IMG/VR virus record: IMGVR_UViG_3300024358_000009
Coordinates: 62,001-126,000 of that record
Length of the DNA stretch: 64,000 bases
Reading direction: 5' to 3' (one strand)
Shown here piece by piece: positions 20,601-30,501 of this stretch. The notes beneath the pieces were generated by a model. The model saw only the letters and a program-made list of their open reading frames with translations, searched no databases and was not told the DNA's origin. The position numbers and the translations under genes are program-made. Numbering within the stretch: the stretch's first letter is position 1; each line of letters opens with the position of its first letter.

Positions 20601-23600
20601 GGTTTTGGTTTGATTTGTACCTGTGCAGCATTTGCTTGATTTTTTCTAAAATTCTTTACTACTTCAGATCTAATAAAATTATTAATTTCAGAATTCATTT
20701 GTGAAATTAATTCATCTGCATCCTTTTTAGTTGCATCAAAATAAGGACGAGCATAACTAACCTTATCTGCATGTTTATAAATATTTGAATAATCACCAAC
20801 TAGTTTATAAGACTTTTCATAGTATGGGAATAACTTATCTTTTAACTTTGTAAGTCTTATATATTCTGGATTATTTTCGTCTAAACCATTATCGCTCATA
20901 AAGTCATTTAGACCTATTTGAGAAAATGGAATAGGCAAATCATTACGAAGATTTTTTAATTCATAATCATTTATTGTATAGTCAGTGTTTTTAAAACCCT
21001 TTTTAAGTGGATCTTCACCTTTTGATAAAGCATCACTAAAAGAATAATACTGCCTATAATTTCTTATAAGTTTTTCTAATTCTTTTGATACTAACTCTTC
21101 TCCAACTGGCATAGCCCCATCTTTTTTAACAGCTTCCGGTTTAGCTAATTCAGCCTTGTTTAAAACTCTCATCGCTATTAAATTAGTAGCTTCAGCAGTT
21201 AATTCAGAAGCTAATTTATCTCTACCCTGAAAAGATGTTAATGGATCATTTGGATCTTTAAAACGAAGTGCATTTCTAAATTGATAGTATTTACGCAAAA
21301 CACCAAGGGATGGAATTATAGAATCAATACCTTCTTTTTTATATTCATCTATAGATTTTTCGTTAAGATCAAATTTATCAAACTCCGCATAAATTCTTGG
21401 ATCATCTATGTCAGAACCTTTTTTCTTAACAGAAGCTATTGTTTTTGCTAATTCAACATGAAATCTTTGAGACAAAGTGTTTAAATTATCAGCACTTGGA
21501 TCTTTTGCTATTTGACTAATTTTCGTAGATAATTTAGCTCTATCTTCAACTATTTTTTCAGCATCATTTCTAGCTTCTTGATCTGCTATTCTCCTAGCTC
21601 TCTTCTCTTCAATTTCTTTTCTTTGTGCTTCCACTTTCGCTCTAGAAGGAATAACGAATTGACTTCTATCAACTTCTTCTATTCTGCCGGTTTTTGGGTC
21701 AACTTCAACAGCTGTAAGTTCTCCTAAATCACTAAAACTTTGATCGTAAATCGGGCCTATATTAGTAGTTCTACCTGTAAATTTTTTTGGTTTGCCATTC
21801 TCATCTATTACTATTTTACCATTCTTATCTTTTTCTATGTATTCTCTTTTTATGACAGATGGAGTATTTCCAGTTCTAGCATTTTCATCTAAGTGAAAAT
21901 TGCCATCTTTATCTTTTCTGGCAAATTGCACTTTTGGTTTTAATTGCTTTTTTTGAAAAGCTAAATTCTCATTTTCTCTAGCTCTAGCTAAAGGAATATT
22001 CATCAATGGCATTTGTCTTGTTGCATTTGGATCATTATGAAAAGCTATTTCATTTTCTGCATAAGTAGTTGTACCAGTAAGAATTTCATTAAAAACTTGT
22101 TGCTGTTTATTTTTAAAAAATTCTCTGTATTTTAAAGTTTGCTCAATTAAAGCTTTTGCTTCTTTATTTGGATCATTATTAAAATTATCAGCTTGAATGT
22201 CGGCGAGAAATCCAGATGCATTTTTATCTCTTGGACTTAAATTCATCATTTCTGCTTGCCACCGATTAACTCTTCTGCGATTCATTAACCAAAGATAAGC
22301 AGCGTCTTTATTTAAATCATTAAGATTAACTTTTGTAGATGAGAATGGATATCTTGGTGCAAAAGAATCTATTTTTAAAATATTATTTTTTTCTGAATTA
22401 CTAAGACCATTAAATACATCATTAATATTTTTAGCTGATGGTAAGTTATCGAATTTTTCAGAAGCACGAACATATAATTCCATCATGTATTCGTTTAGTA
22501 AGTCTTTATTATTGAAAACTTCATTAGCACTTAAATAATCAGAAACGGATCTCTCAAACTCATCTCTAAAATCTATTAATCCATACCTAACAGAATTTTT
22601 TAATTCAACATCTTTACTTGTTATACGATTTAAATAAGCTTTAAATTCAAAGTCTTTATATAATTCTGGATTTATTCTTTTAATGTTATACGGTGTTTTA
22701 CTTTCAGAAGTTGTTTTTTTACCTTTATCAATATAAAATGCCACTTCATTTTCAACGCCACCCATAGATCTGATAAGCGGATCTATTCTAGGATCGTTTC
22801 GTTCTGCCTTCTTGGGTCTTAATTGTATTCCTCCTTCAGCCTTATAATTAACTCCGCTATTAATAGCATTTAATAAAGGAAGATTATTACGAGTTGCATT
22901 TGCATTAACAATAAATTCATCATTAGCAATCATTGCTATGTTATCTTTACCTTTTGCCAGTCCTCCTTCTGAAAAATAACTTACTAATCCGCCAAAAGCT
23001 TTTTCTTCTGGTTGAATGGTTATTTTTTTAATTTTTTTGTTTATTTCTTCTAATTGATTAACTAAATTAATAAGTTCTTGCCCTATTCTTCCAAATGGAA
23101 TTTTTATATCTTTTAATTTTTCTAAATCATTAATAACCGATTCCATTTGATCGCTATCGCCAAAACCTGACTTCCTAGCCTCTCTTAAAATAGATTGTCT
23201 AATTCTATCTGGTATATTTTGTAACCCCAAAGAAGATTGCAAATTTTCTAAAGCTCTTATTTGTTCTGGGGATTTAAATTCTTCTTTTGTGCGATTTTGT
23301 ATGTTTCCAAAATCTCGTATGTCTGCTAGTGCTTTTTCAAATAAATTTTTATCAAAATAACGATTTGTTATTCGCAAATCCTTATCATATTTAGATGATA
23401 TTAATGAACTTTGTAATTTATTTAAGGCATCGATTACTCCTCCATCTTTAAAACCAGCTTTTTTTATAGATTCTTTATCAAATTCTTTAACTTCTAATAA
23501 ATTTTTCGCTCCAGATTGAGCATTTAATGCAGTTTGAAGATTTGGCCCTCTTTTAAATAAAGAAGCAAAATATCCCTGTTCTGTTTCACTCATGCGATCA

Positions 23601-26600
23601 GCTTGAACATTAAAAGCATCTTTATTTGATAAACCTAATTCTTTATATACATCTTCTAAATTTTTTACTGCTGTTAAATTTTCTCCGGCTCGAATATCTG
23701 CAAAATCTTTTCCTTTGTCTTTTCCTGCTATAATACCAATTTGATTTTCTAGCGAAGCTCTTTGTGCTTCTAATGGCTTTCTTTGTTCTACAGAAAATGT
23801 TTCTTTTAAATCTTTAATAAATTTATCAGCTATCTCCTGCATCCTTTTCGTAGAATCTTGACCATTTTTGATTGCGTCAGAATATAACTTAGCTGCCTCT
23901 TCTTGTCTTTTGGCTATAGCAAGCATATCGGCTCTTGCTTGATTTGACTTTTCTTCTTCTGTTTGAATGTTTAGTTGTGGATAAGCTCTTTTTAAAGCCA
24001 AATTTTGAATTTGTTCGCCTGTCTTTCCTCCAAACTCTGGAAGTCTTACATTTTTAAATGTTTCTGTAAATTGAACAAACTCTTTTCTTCTTTTTAAACT
24101 CAATCCAGATATATCAGCACCAGCAGCAACATCTTGTGCTATGCCTCTTCCACGCTCTAGTTCCTTAAGCTGTCTCTTGTCCATAGTAAACATAGATCTT
24201 GCAGCACTTAACTTAGCCTCTCTTTGCTGCTCTGCATCGGCTAACCTTCCTTGTGCCTCTGTCATAGAAATTGTTTCATCTCTTAGATTCTTTAAAGCAT
24301 CAGATAAATTAGAAATTCTATCTCTGATATTTTGATTGGCTAAAGCTAATTCCTGTGCTTTTTTTCTAGCGTTTTCATCAGCATTTGCCAAATCAGTAAA
24401 ACTACCTTTTAATTCTTCGTCAGACTTTTTCAATTCATCTCTGGCAACCATTAAATCTTTGAAAATTGCCTGTGGATCTAATATATCTGCCTTATTAACA
24501 TTGGTATTTTCTAAAAGTTGTCTTTGTCTAATCAATAAAGGCTGATTAATATCTTCAGTTTTTAGAAAATCGCTAATAGGTCTTCCTGTTTGTGCTGATT
24601 GTATTTCAGCTTCTATCTTTTTAACATTTAAAGATTTTTCATTTAAAACCACTAATTCATTCAAATATCTATTTTGTTCATCGGATATTCTTTTTAAACC
24701 GTTGATGTATTCTTGACCAACAGAATTAACAGCATTGGCTAATTGCTGATTTGTTTGATTAAATTGATTAGCGTACTGATCTAAAGCTTTTTTAGTTAAT
24801 GCAAAAGGATCAAAATCTTTGCTTTGTCGTGTTAGTGATTGTCTACTTTTTTCTAATAAATCTTCTATATTAGCTGCAAATCCTGAAAACTCTGGTGCTT
24901 TAAGATCTATTTTTTGTTCTTTTAATATTGCCTGTAGTTCTTTAAACATTCCTTCGCCAGCTATTGTGCCAAAATCTTTATCTCTAGCTACTTGCAATGC
25001 AGCTGGAAGTGCTGTGTATAACTTATTTAGATTTAAAGCATTATTTTTTTGTTCTTTTCCAGCATCTCCCAATATTCCAAAAGTTTGATCTAAAGCTGAT
25101 CCAAATAAATTTCCTGGAGTTCCAATTTTTAATCTTTCTGAAATAACAGGTGCTCTAAATTCAGATCTTCTATCCATAGCATCAACAAAATTTGTTGTGG
25201 CCCTGCTCATATTTTCAAAGTCTTGAACTGATAAAGCGACGGCATTACCAAAAAATTCTAAAGACAAAGCTAATTTTTCTACTGATGCAACTGCATTTCT
25301 TTGCACTTCAGCTAATCTATCTGATTCAATCTTTCCTTTTACTAAGTTAAAAGCAAATTTATTTAACTCATCTCCAGATTTTCTAGAAGCAGCACCCAAT
25401 ATTTCAAAAAATGCAACATCCTTCTTTAAATCGGCAAATATTTTTTCTGCATTGAACTCGCCCCCAACAGTTCTTTGTTCAACCCTAGATAACAAAATTT
25501 GTGTAAGTGGTTGTAATGCAGCACCAAATCTTTCACTTAATTTGTCAGCAACTATTTTATTTACATCTCCGCCTTCTGCTTTTGCTTGCTCTCTAGCTCT
25601 TGACTGAAGGACTTTAAAATCAGCAAGAACTCTTATTAAATCTGCTTCTGATCTAGCAGTAAATCTTCCTGCTTCAGCCACATCTCTTAAACTGTCATTA
25701 ACTTTGTCTGCCGATTTTTGAAAATTTAATTTTTCAATTTCAGCAGCTGCTTTTTTAGAAGCACTGATAAAACTGGCTATTCCAGCACCGGCTATAATTA
25801 AGCCAGAAGCTAATTGACCAAGACCTGGTATAACATTAACAGCTATTGCTGCTGTGGCTGCTGCACCTAAACCAGCTGAAATACCAGAGCCAATAATATT
25901 TGTTGTCCTAGAAGTTCTTCCAGCACTAACATCTTCGGCAGTTCCAGCTGCATTTTCTAAATAATTAGCACCAAATGAAGCAGCGACAGAGGCAGCACCG
26001 ATGATGCCTCTTCCGAGACTAGATCTTTGAAAACCTGCAAATGTTCCCCTTAAACCACCTCCAGCATTTCTAATTTCATCTCTTAAATTGGCAAAAGCAC
26101 TTTTAATAGATTCAGCAGCGGAGTTAAATGAAACTCTAAATCTTCCAAAAAACCCTTTACCCTGAGTTAAGTCTGTTGATATACCACGAAGATCATCTGA
26201 AACTTTTTTGCCAGATGTATTCATTTTTTGAATAACATCTTGCTCTAAAGACTCAAGACCAAATACACGGCCTTGTTTTTCTACGAAATTTGCATTTTGT
26301 TGAACTGCTTGTGCATATTTTTGAGTAGCAGCTTCTATCAAAATTTCTTTATCATTAATGCCAGTTATAATTTTAAGTTGATTGGCTATGGCTAATACGG
26401 CCTGTTGTTTAAACTTATTTTCTTCTTCTGTCAAAAGTCTTTGTTGTGTATATGTACCTATTGCTTGTTGTGCTTCTCTTGATGGAGCAATTTTGCCCAA
26501 TCTTTCTTCTGTTCTTGTGCTTAAAATATTGGCTAAGGACTCAGAACCTCTTCTGCCTTCTCCAACATTAAGAGGGGCTTTTTCTGCTGGTAAAAATCTA

Positions 26601-29593
26601 TAAACCTGTTCTCCAGTTGGTAATGCTTGAGCTTCTAATGTAGATGCTAAATTTGTTCTTTGAGTTTTTAATTCTTCCAATCTTTTTTCAGCAGTAATAA
26701 CGGCTGGATCTAAATTAGGATCTGCAAATGTAGAAGAAGTTCTTGCGGTTGCAACGGCAGAAGTTGTTGTTAATATTTTTTCATTTAATTTTTCGTACTT
26801 TCTCATTGTGGAAGTAGCAATGCCTTGTGCAGCTGACATAGCCTGAGAAGCACTGATATCTACTCTTTTTGCTCTTATTTGCTCATAAATAATATCTGTC
26901 AATATTTTAGTAGCTGCACTATACTGATCTTCTTCAGAGCCTGTTTGTGCAGAAACAAGTGTGCTTAAATCAAATTTTCTATTCTTAAAAATCTGACCTT
27001 GTTGTTGGGCGGTTATTAAAAGTCTAGGATCTATATCTCCACCAGCAGCAAATCCAACTCTTCCTCCTAATGCAAATTTTCCAAACTTATTCATTCTATC
27101 TAAGTTAGAAGAACCGATTGAAGAAGCAGAACTTGGGCTAAATACAAATTCGCCTGGAGTTAATAAAGAAGGAACTCTTCCTCCAGAAGCAAATCCTTTT
27201 CTTGCCATATTAGATAAATTATCTGCACCAATCTTTGATACAGAAGATTTTCTAATTACAAAAGAACCTTCTTCCAAATCCATTGGAACACTATCACTGT
27301 TACCAACTCCTGGAACTATGAATCCGCCATCAGCTTTTTTTCTTTTTTTAGGAAATGTAATAATATCAGAATTTTTTTCAAAATCGGCTGGTCTATTAAC
27401 TTTTGCTATATTAGCTATATCTTTTGCATAAACTCTTGATTCCTTATTTATAATATCAGCTGCTGAAACAACACTTCTTTTTAGTTCTACATAAACGCTT
27501 TTTTTATTTCCTAAAATTTTATTAATAGCTTCCTGATTAGGTTTTCCATTTTCATCTTTTATAAATTTTGATAAATTTTCAGATGTTGAAAAAGAATCAA
27601 TTGGGAAATTGGCTTCTGTAGATGCTTCTTTTGATTTTGTTCTTTTATTATAATAATATTCAAATATATATCCTTCTAATTGATTTTGTCCATTTGTGTC
27701 ACTATTAATTATTCCTTTTACTATTTCTGGACCTCTTGTTTTTCCGTATCTATCATTTATTTTTTTTCTATTTACAATATCTTTTGATTCATTAATTAAA
27801 TTTGTAGCTTCATTTTTAATCTTTTCACTTAACTTTGAATCGCCTATGCCTGGATTATAAGTAAAAACTGGTATATCAGTATCTTTGATAGAAATTTCTT
27901 GTCCATAAACATAAGCTTTAATAGCACTATCACTTTGAATTCTTCCATCTTTGACAGTTGCTTTTGGACTTTTTACTCCTTCTCCTGGTTTAAGTAATGT
28001 TACTTGTATTACATTTCTTAAATTTGGACTTTTTTTTCCAGACTGATAATCTTCTAAATTTATAACTCCACCAGCTGCAAATCTTTTTGGTATTACAACT
28101 TCACCTGGTTCAAGTAGTGCAGGAACAATATCTCCACTACCAGTTCCTGGTACTACTCCACCTCTTTTCATTTTTACAACGCCACCATCAGCAAATCTAT
28201 TTTGATTAAATATCTTTGGGTTTGGACTTGCCGTGATACCAGTGCTAAAGCCCTTTACAAACTGGCCTATTCCAGTAGCAACTTTTACAGCTGCCAAAGC
28301 ACCAACTAATGGTATCAATGGCTTTAAAGCATCTGCCAATTGAATTGCAGCACTAGCACCAGAAATAAATGTATCAAATAGTTTTTGAAAACCGGTAGAC
28401 TGAGTTATAGATCTAATTAAAGCATTAAATTCTTCCTTTAATTTTTGTAATTTAACCGCATAAGCTAATTGAGCCTGACCAGCATTTTGAGTTAATGATC
28501 CAGCACCAGCAATCGCCACATTAACAGCTTTTTGACTAACAGCAAATTCTTGAATAAGAGGTATGACTTTAGAAATTTGTCTATAACCACCAAGCTCTTC
28601 AACTATCTGTGCGAATTTTGGATCTGTAGTTGGAAGTCCAGATAAAGCAGCAGAGAGTCTTCGTATGGCTTCGTAAGGACCAACAAATTGCTGTTCTAAG
28701 TTAGCATTTCCTAAAGCTAAAGCTTCTTCTCTTGTATATCTAAGTTGAACACCAACTTCTTTAAGGGCATTTACAGTATTTCCACGCTGTATTCTTGTAA
28801 ATATAGTTCTAAGACCAGTACTGATAGTTTCAGCACTTTCTCTTGTTGTCTGCCTTACTGATGTAAATAAGCCTAGTAATTCATTAAGATCACCACCAGC
28901 AGCCTTAAAAGCACCACCAGTTTTACGAATGGCTTCTACAATGTCTCCAGCTTCAACAGCGAATTCGCCAGCAACTGCATTAACAGCACCTAAAGCTCCT
29001 TCTAAATTACTTGCACCAATTTTAAACTGATTGAGAATTGCAATTGCACCTTCAGTCGTATTAGTGAAATTTTCAAAGTTAGGAGCCAATGCTGCTTTAG
29101 CCAAAGCTTCCAAAGCAATTCTAGTATCTGCGATTGATAAGTTAGCTTGTTTTAATGTTACAGCTGCTTGAATTAAATCTTTGCTTGAAACGCCTAAAGA
29201 TGTAGATAGTCTAGTTACTTCATCAACAACACCTTGAATGGCAGAACCAGTATCTCCAGAAACCTGAACCAACTTAACCATCTGGCGATCAAAATCTATA
29301 GCCTCTTCTGTACCTTTTCTAATGGCATTAGATAATGAAATCATAGATCCAGCAGCTAAACTAAAAGCACCAAACCTTTTTGCTGCCAAACCAGCTTGAC
29401 GACCAAAGCTTTCTACGGATGTGATTGCACCTTCAATGTCAGCTTTAATTCTTTTGATTGAATCGGCATTAGCCATATTCAAATCAATATTGACCTTTTT
29501 ATTTCCTAATTGTTTATTTAAATCGTTAGATATCTTAGTAGCTGCCCCAGAAGCTAGGGCAACATTCATTATAGCTGTAATATTAAAGGCCAT
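17663..29593 (-). CDS. Tail tape measure protein, 3976 aa
   Basis: N-terminal TMP core (AIDFDRQMVKLVQVSGD...GEFAVEAGDIVEAI...AETISTGLRTIFTRI), long Ala/Gln/Lys helical regions, repeated GG..G..D.(V/I)P..L..GE(F/V)V motifs, and position downstream of tube and chaperones. Confidence 0.9.
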   Translation of the reverse strand: MAFNITAIMNVALASGAATKISNDLNKQLGNKKVNIDLNMANADSIKRIKADIEGAITSVESFGRQAGLAAKRFGAFSLAAGSMISLSNAIRKGTEEAIDFDRQMVKLVQVSGDTGSAIQGVVDEVTRLSTSLGVSSKDLIQAAVTLKQANLSIADTRIALEALAKAALAPNFENFTNTTEGAIAILNQFKIGASNLEGALGAVNAVAGEFAVEAGDIVEAIRKTGGAFKAAGGDLNELLGLFTSVRQTTRESAETISTGLRTIFTRIQRGNTVNALKEVGVQLRYTREEALALGNANLEQQFVGPYEAIRRLSAALSGLPTTDPKFAQIVEELGGYRQISKVIPLIQEFAVSQKAVNVAIAGAGSLTQNAGQAQLAYAVKLQKLKEEFNALIRSITQSTGFQKLFDTFISGASAAIQLADALKPLIPLVGALAAVKVATGIGQFVKGFSTGITASPNPKIFNQNRFADGGVVKMKRGGVVPGTGSGDIVPALLEPGEVVIPKRFAAGGVINLEDYQSGKKSPNLRNVIQVTLLKPGEGVKSPKATVKDGRIQSDSAIKAYVYGQEISIKDTDIPVFTYNPGIGDSKLSEKIKNEATNLINESKDIVNRKKINDRYGKTRGPEIVKGIINSDTNGQNQLEGYIFEYYYNKRTKSKEASTEANFPIDSFSTSENLSKFIKDENGKPNQEAINKILGNKKSVYVELKRSVVSAADIINKESRVYAKDIANIAKVNRPADFEKNSDIITFPKKRKKADGGFIVPGVGNSDSVPMDLEEGSFVIRKSSVSKIGADNLSNMARKGFASGGRVPSLLTPGEFVFSPSSASSIGSSNLDRMNKFGKFALGGRVGFAAGGDIDPRLLITAQQQGQIFKNRKFDLSTLVSAQTGSEEDQYSAATKILTDIIYEQIRAKRVDISASQAMSAAQGIATSTMRKYEKLNEKILTTTSAVATARTSSTFADPNLDPAVITAEKRLEELKTQRTNLASTLEAQALPTGEQVYRFLPAEKAPLNVGEGRRGSESLANILSTRTEERLGKIAPSREAQQAIGTYTQQRLLTEEENKFKQQAVLAIANQLKIITGINDKEILIEAATQKYAQAVQQNANFVEKQGRVFGLESLEQDVIQKMNTSGKKVSDDLRGISTDLTQGKGFFGRFRVSFNSAAESIKSAFANLRDEIRNAGGGLRGTFAGFQRSSLGRGIIGAASVAASFGANYLENAAGTAEDVSAGRTSRTTNIIGSGISAGLGAAATAAIAVNVIPGLGQLASGLIIAGAGIASFISASKKAAAEIEKLNFQKSADKVNDSLRDVAEAGRFTARSEADLIRVLADFKVLQSRAREQAKAEGGDVNKIVADKLSERFGAALQPLTQILLSRVEQRTVGGEFNAEKIFADLKKDVAFFEILGAASRKSGDELNKFAFNLVKGKIESDRLAEVQRNAVASVEKLALSLEFFGNAVALSVQDFENMSRATTNFVDAMDRRSEFRAPVISERLKIGTPGNLFGSALDQTFGILGDAGKEQKNNALNLNKLYTALPAALQVARDKDFGTIAGEGMFKELQAILKEQKIDLKAPEFSGFAANIEDLLEKSRQSLTRQSKDFDPFALTKKALDQYANQFNQTNQQLANAVNSVGQEYINGLKRISDEQNRYLNELVVLNEKSLNVKKIEAEIQSAQTGRPISDFLKTEDINQPLLIRQRQLLENTNVNKADILDPQAIFKDLMVARDELKKSDEELKGSFTDLANADENARKKAQELALANQNIRDRISNLSDALKNLRDETISMTEAQGRLADAEQQREAKLSAARSMFTMDKRQLKELERGRGIAQDVAAGADISGLSLKRRKEFVQFTETFKNVRLPEFGGKTGEQIQNLALKRAYPQLNIQTEEEKSNQARADMLAIAKRQEEAAKLYSDAIKNGQDSTKRMQEIADKFIKDLKETFSVEQRKPLEAQRASLENQIGIIAGKDKGKDFADIRAGENLTAVKNLEDVYKELGLSNKDAFNVQADRMSETEQGYFASLFKRGPNLQTALNAQSGAKNLLEVKEFDKESIKKAGFKDGGVIDALNKLQSSLISSKYDKDLRITNRYFDKNLFEKALADIRDFGNIQNRTKEEFKSPEQIRALENLQSSLGLQNIPDRIRQSILREARKSGFGDSDQMESVINDLEKLKDIKIPFGRIGQELINLVNQLEEINKKIKKITIQPEEKAFGGLVSYFSEGGLAKGKDNIAMIANDEFIVNANATRNNLPLLNAINSGVNYKAEGGIQLRPKKAERNDPRIDPLIRSMGGVENEVAFYIDKGKKTTSESKTPYNIKRINPELYKDFEFKAYLNRITSKDVELKNSVRYGLIDFRDEFERSVSDYLSANEVFNNKDLLNEYMMELYVRASEKFDNLPSAKNINDVFNGLSNSEKNNILKIDSFAPRYPFSSTKVNLNDLNKDAAYLWLMNRRRVNRWQAEMMNLSPRDKNASGFLADIQADNFNNDPNKEAKALIEQTLKYREFFKNKQQQVFNEILTGTTTYAENEIAFHNDPNATRQMPLMNIPLARARENENLAFQKKQLKPKVQFARKDKDGNFHLDENARTGNTPSVIKREYIEKDKNGKIVIDENGKPKKFTGRTTNIGPIYDQSFSDLGELTAVEVDPKTGRIEEVDRSQFVIPSRAKVEAQRKEIEEKRARRIADQEARNDAEKIVEDRAKLSTKISQIAKDPSADNLNTLSQRFHVELAKTIASVKKKGSDIDDPRIYAEFDKFDLNEKSIDEYKKEGIDSIIPSLGVLRKYYQFRNALRFKDPNDPLTSFQGRDKLASELTAEATNLIAMRVLNKAELAKPEAVKKDGAMPVGEELVSKELEKLIRNYRQYYSFSDALSKGEDPLKKGFKNTDYTINDYELKNLRNDLPIPFSQIGLNDFMSDNGLDENNPEYIRLTKLKDKLFPYYEKSYKLVGDYSNIYKHADKVSYARPYFDATKKDADELISQMNSEINNFIRSEVVKNFRKNQANAAQVQIKPKPVVEDKLQAPQQLITPSVPPEPFKLKIPPELAKEKANAAAIQQEKPKVDEVFEWKAPQNSQEMYDKIYELKEAWIQSKEHKEFLAERHNGVSGIDVLNELEQKDLVSKERLRLRSYLKYLDDNGFREKFRNNLLLRNGGGMIPTMLTPGEAVIPPQIAKNNLSLLNDINYRKGGGGVNIVKSSGKSHPLSRGTDTEFQYLEAGSYVVNRASTEKNMGLLKSLSAGGVVYRQGGGLLAQAFQAREDQNILNSPFHPLFRAYTLREQYANDPTIGRDLAYSLPIGFYEREAKNKELDKNKRLTRDQFQLLIEGGKKFLEQEQSKEQQDRLNALFSGKAPSQQRMTNEEVGDQLTREWIANQARKQQQLTEQSQKPPFGNRGKGLEKNQFDLLNDAFKKLEKEQAKKEEEEDIKRRLGAGFRANGGLIYRAEGGDVAAGFSFNPLESGLNIAGLTAVAANKFKEKKDRLEETDIYSWSFDNLRIVKSEQFNTEFDIFKDYIDAIQANNVKDEKAMERFNVVKQEKDRRSQFRPQLIDREVDIFKLMLRLPTNDNNKLDLGMAKDFETTPEEARKNIEKARDIQRLVNAEKRYTGIVSGLVSLDRFGKRNKGDSFKEAEKYFDLAEIKAFADEKNKPAALKDRKDIDPSYFKDIVGIKGNVVIPEKIKASIINYMKNRKIKGFYGSDDFQRVTGFDDTVFNKIGTQTIFLRRSDVDSIQEAAGRENKNRLNIIGDITDKQISGDFIRGKGFMPDLTPDEMANALPGSDIAFQAAGQAEEQGLGFNQRFFLNSLDPANKPKGFAFGGYVNGASYGDMIPARLRAGEFVLNPQAAQSIGYGNLNAINEQRFFDGGIAGGDRLFDKVTKSSSAQKLDQIDTKSFSDSVKMFDGGVNKFDSSIKSMGESITRLQSAINDLAKINIPEEINGNITVENNANIKIDSPNFAGEVNTVVSNTMSKIVKALESTTGGAISQADIFRDIGTA

Positions 29594-29615
29594 TGCTATC
29601 CTCTATAAAAAGAAA

Positions 29616-29651
29616 GGGAGCAATCTCTTATTTTAAGAAAAGACTGCTCCC
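29616..29651 (-). terminator. Hairpin with U-tract directly upstream of the TMP RBS
   Basis: Minus strand reads gggagcagtct-tttcttaaaataag-agattgctccc followed by tttcttttt, then agaggatagcaATG. Confidence 0.65.
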
Positions 29652-29661
29652 ATTAGACTAT

Positions 29662-29680
29662 CCTATTAAATATTACACCA
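29662..29680 (-). promoter_or_regulatory. TGGTGTA-N-ATAG motif, candidate late promoter
   Basis: Minus strand TGGTGTAATATTTAATAGG. The same core recurs in the gaps at 33066-33085 and 50902-50920. Confidence 0.45.
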
Positions 29681-29685
29681 ATTTT

Positions 29686-30501
29686 TTATTCTTTATCTTC
29701 CTCAATTGGCTTGCCTTCATCATCCAAAAATGGAGTGAATTCAACAATATAATTACCTTCTTCATCCACTAAATTTCCTTCAATATCAACAAGTTTTCCG
29801 TCTTCGTTGATATATCGACCATCTTCATTAACAAGACGGCCTTCAGAGTCAACTCTACGGCCCTTCTTATCAATATAATTTAGCTGATCATCAACAAACT
29901 TATACTTCTTCAAGAATTCGTTTTCTGGAAGACGCTTTTCATAATCTGGGTCAATTCCATAAAGCATCATAGCCAAGTTAGAAGCTGCTGGCCCGATAGC
30001 TGGATCAATTTCTTTTGCAAGAAAGTCCTCATAAGACTTAAAGTATGGCTTGCCAGTATCATTAAATACAGTGCATGCCGAAACAAAGAAATTAAACTGG
30101 GCGTTGTCTGCCTGACCTTCAGCCGTATTATTATCAAGGCCAATACGGTCAGAATTAAGTGTGCGTAGTTCGGCCCTATAACGCTTCATCTGTAGGGCTA
30201 CTTCTTTTGCCTCACTAAGCTTAATACCGCCAGACTTAATTTTTCGCTCAGACTCGGCGATCTTTTCCTGTAGATCACGAAGTTGTTTTTGCTTATTATC
30301 ATCCCAAAGCTTCTGCTCTCGCATAACGCTTTCTACTTTAGCACGAAGAATACCGCCGGACTCAACGGCATCACGAAAGGCTTTATTATAAACCTTTTGT
30401 CCTTCTTGCTTTTGCTTGACAGTTGGACGCTGAACTGCAAGTTCAACTTCCTTATTATCAAGCGTTACTTTAAAAGTCCTCTTATTGTCAGGTGCACTCA
30501 T
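29686..30501 (-). CDS. Putative tail assembly chaperone
   Basis: 271 aa immediately upstream of the TMP. Visibly higher GC, like the capsid and tube genes. C-terminal D(x)xG(R/K/N)x(V/I) repeats. Confidence 0.55.
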   Translation of the reverse strand: MSAPDNKRTFKVTLDNKEVELAVQRPTVKQKQEGQKVYNKAFRDAVESGGILRAKVESVMREQKLWDDNKQKQLRDLQEKIAESERKIKSGGIKLSEAKEVALQMKRYRAELRTLNSDRIGLDNNTAEGQADNAQFNFFVSACTVFNDTGKPYFKSYEDFLAKEIDPAIGPAASNLAMMLYGIDPDYEKRLPENEFLKKYKFVDDQLNYIDKKGRRVDSEGRLVNEDGRYINEDGKLVDIEGNLVDEEGNYIVEFTPFLDDEGKPIEEDKE

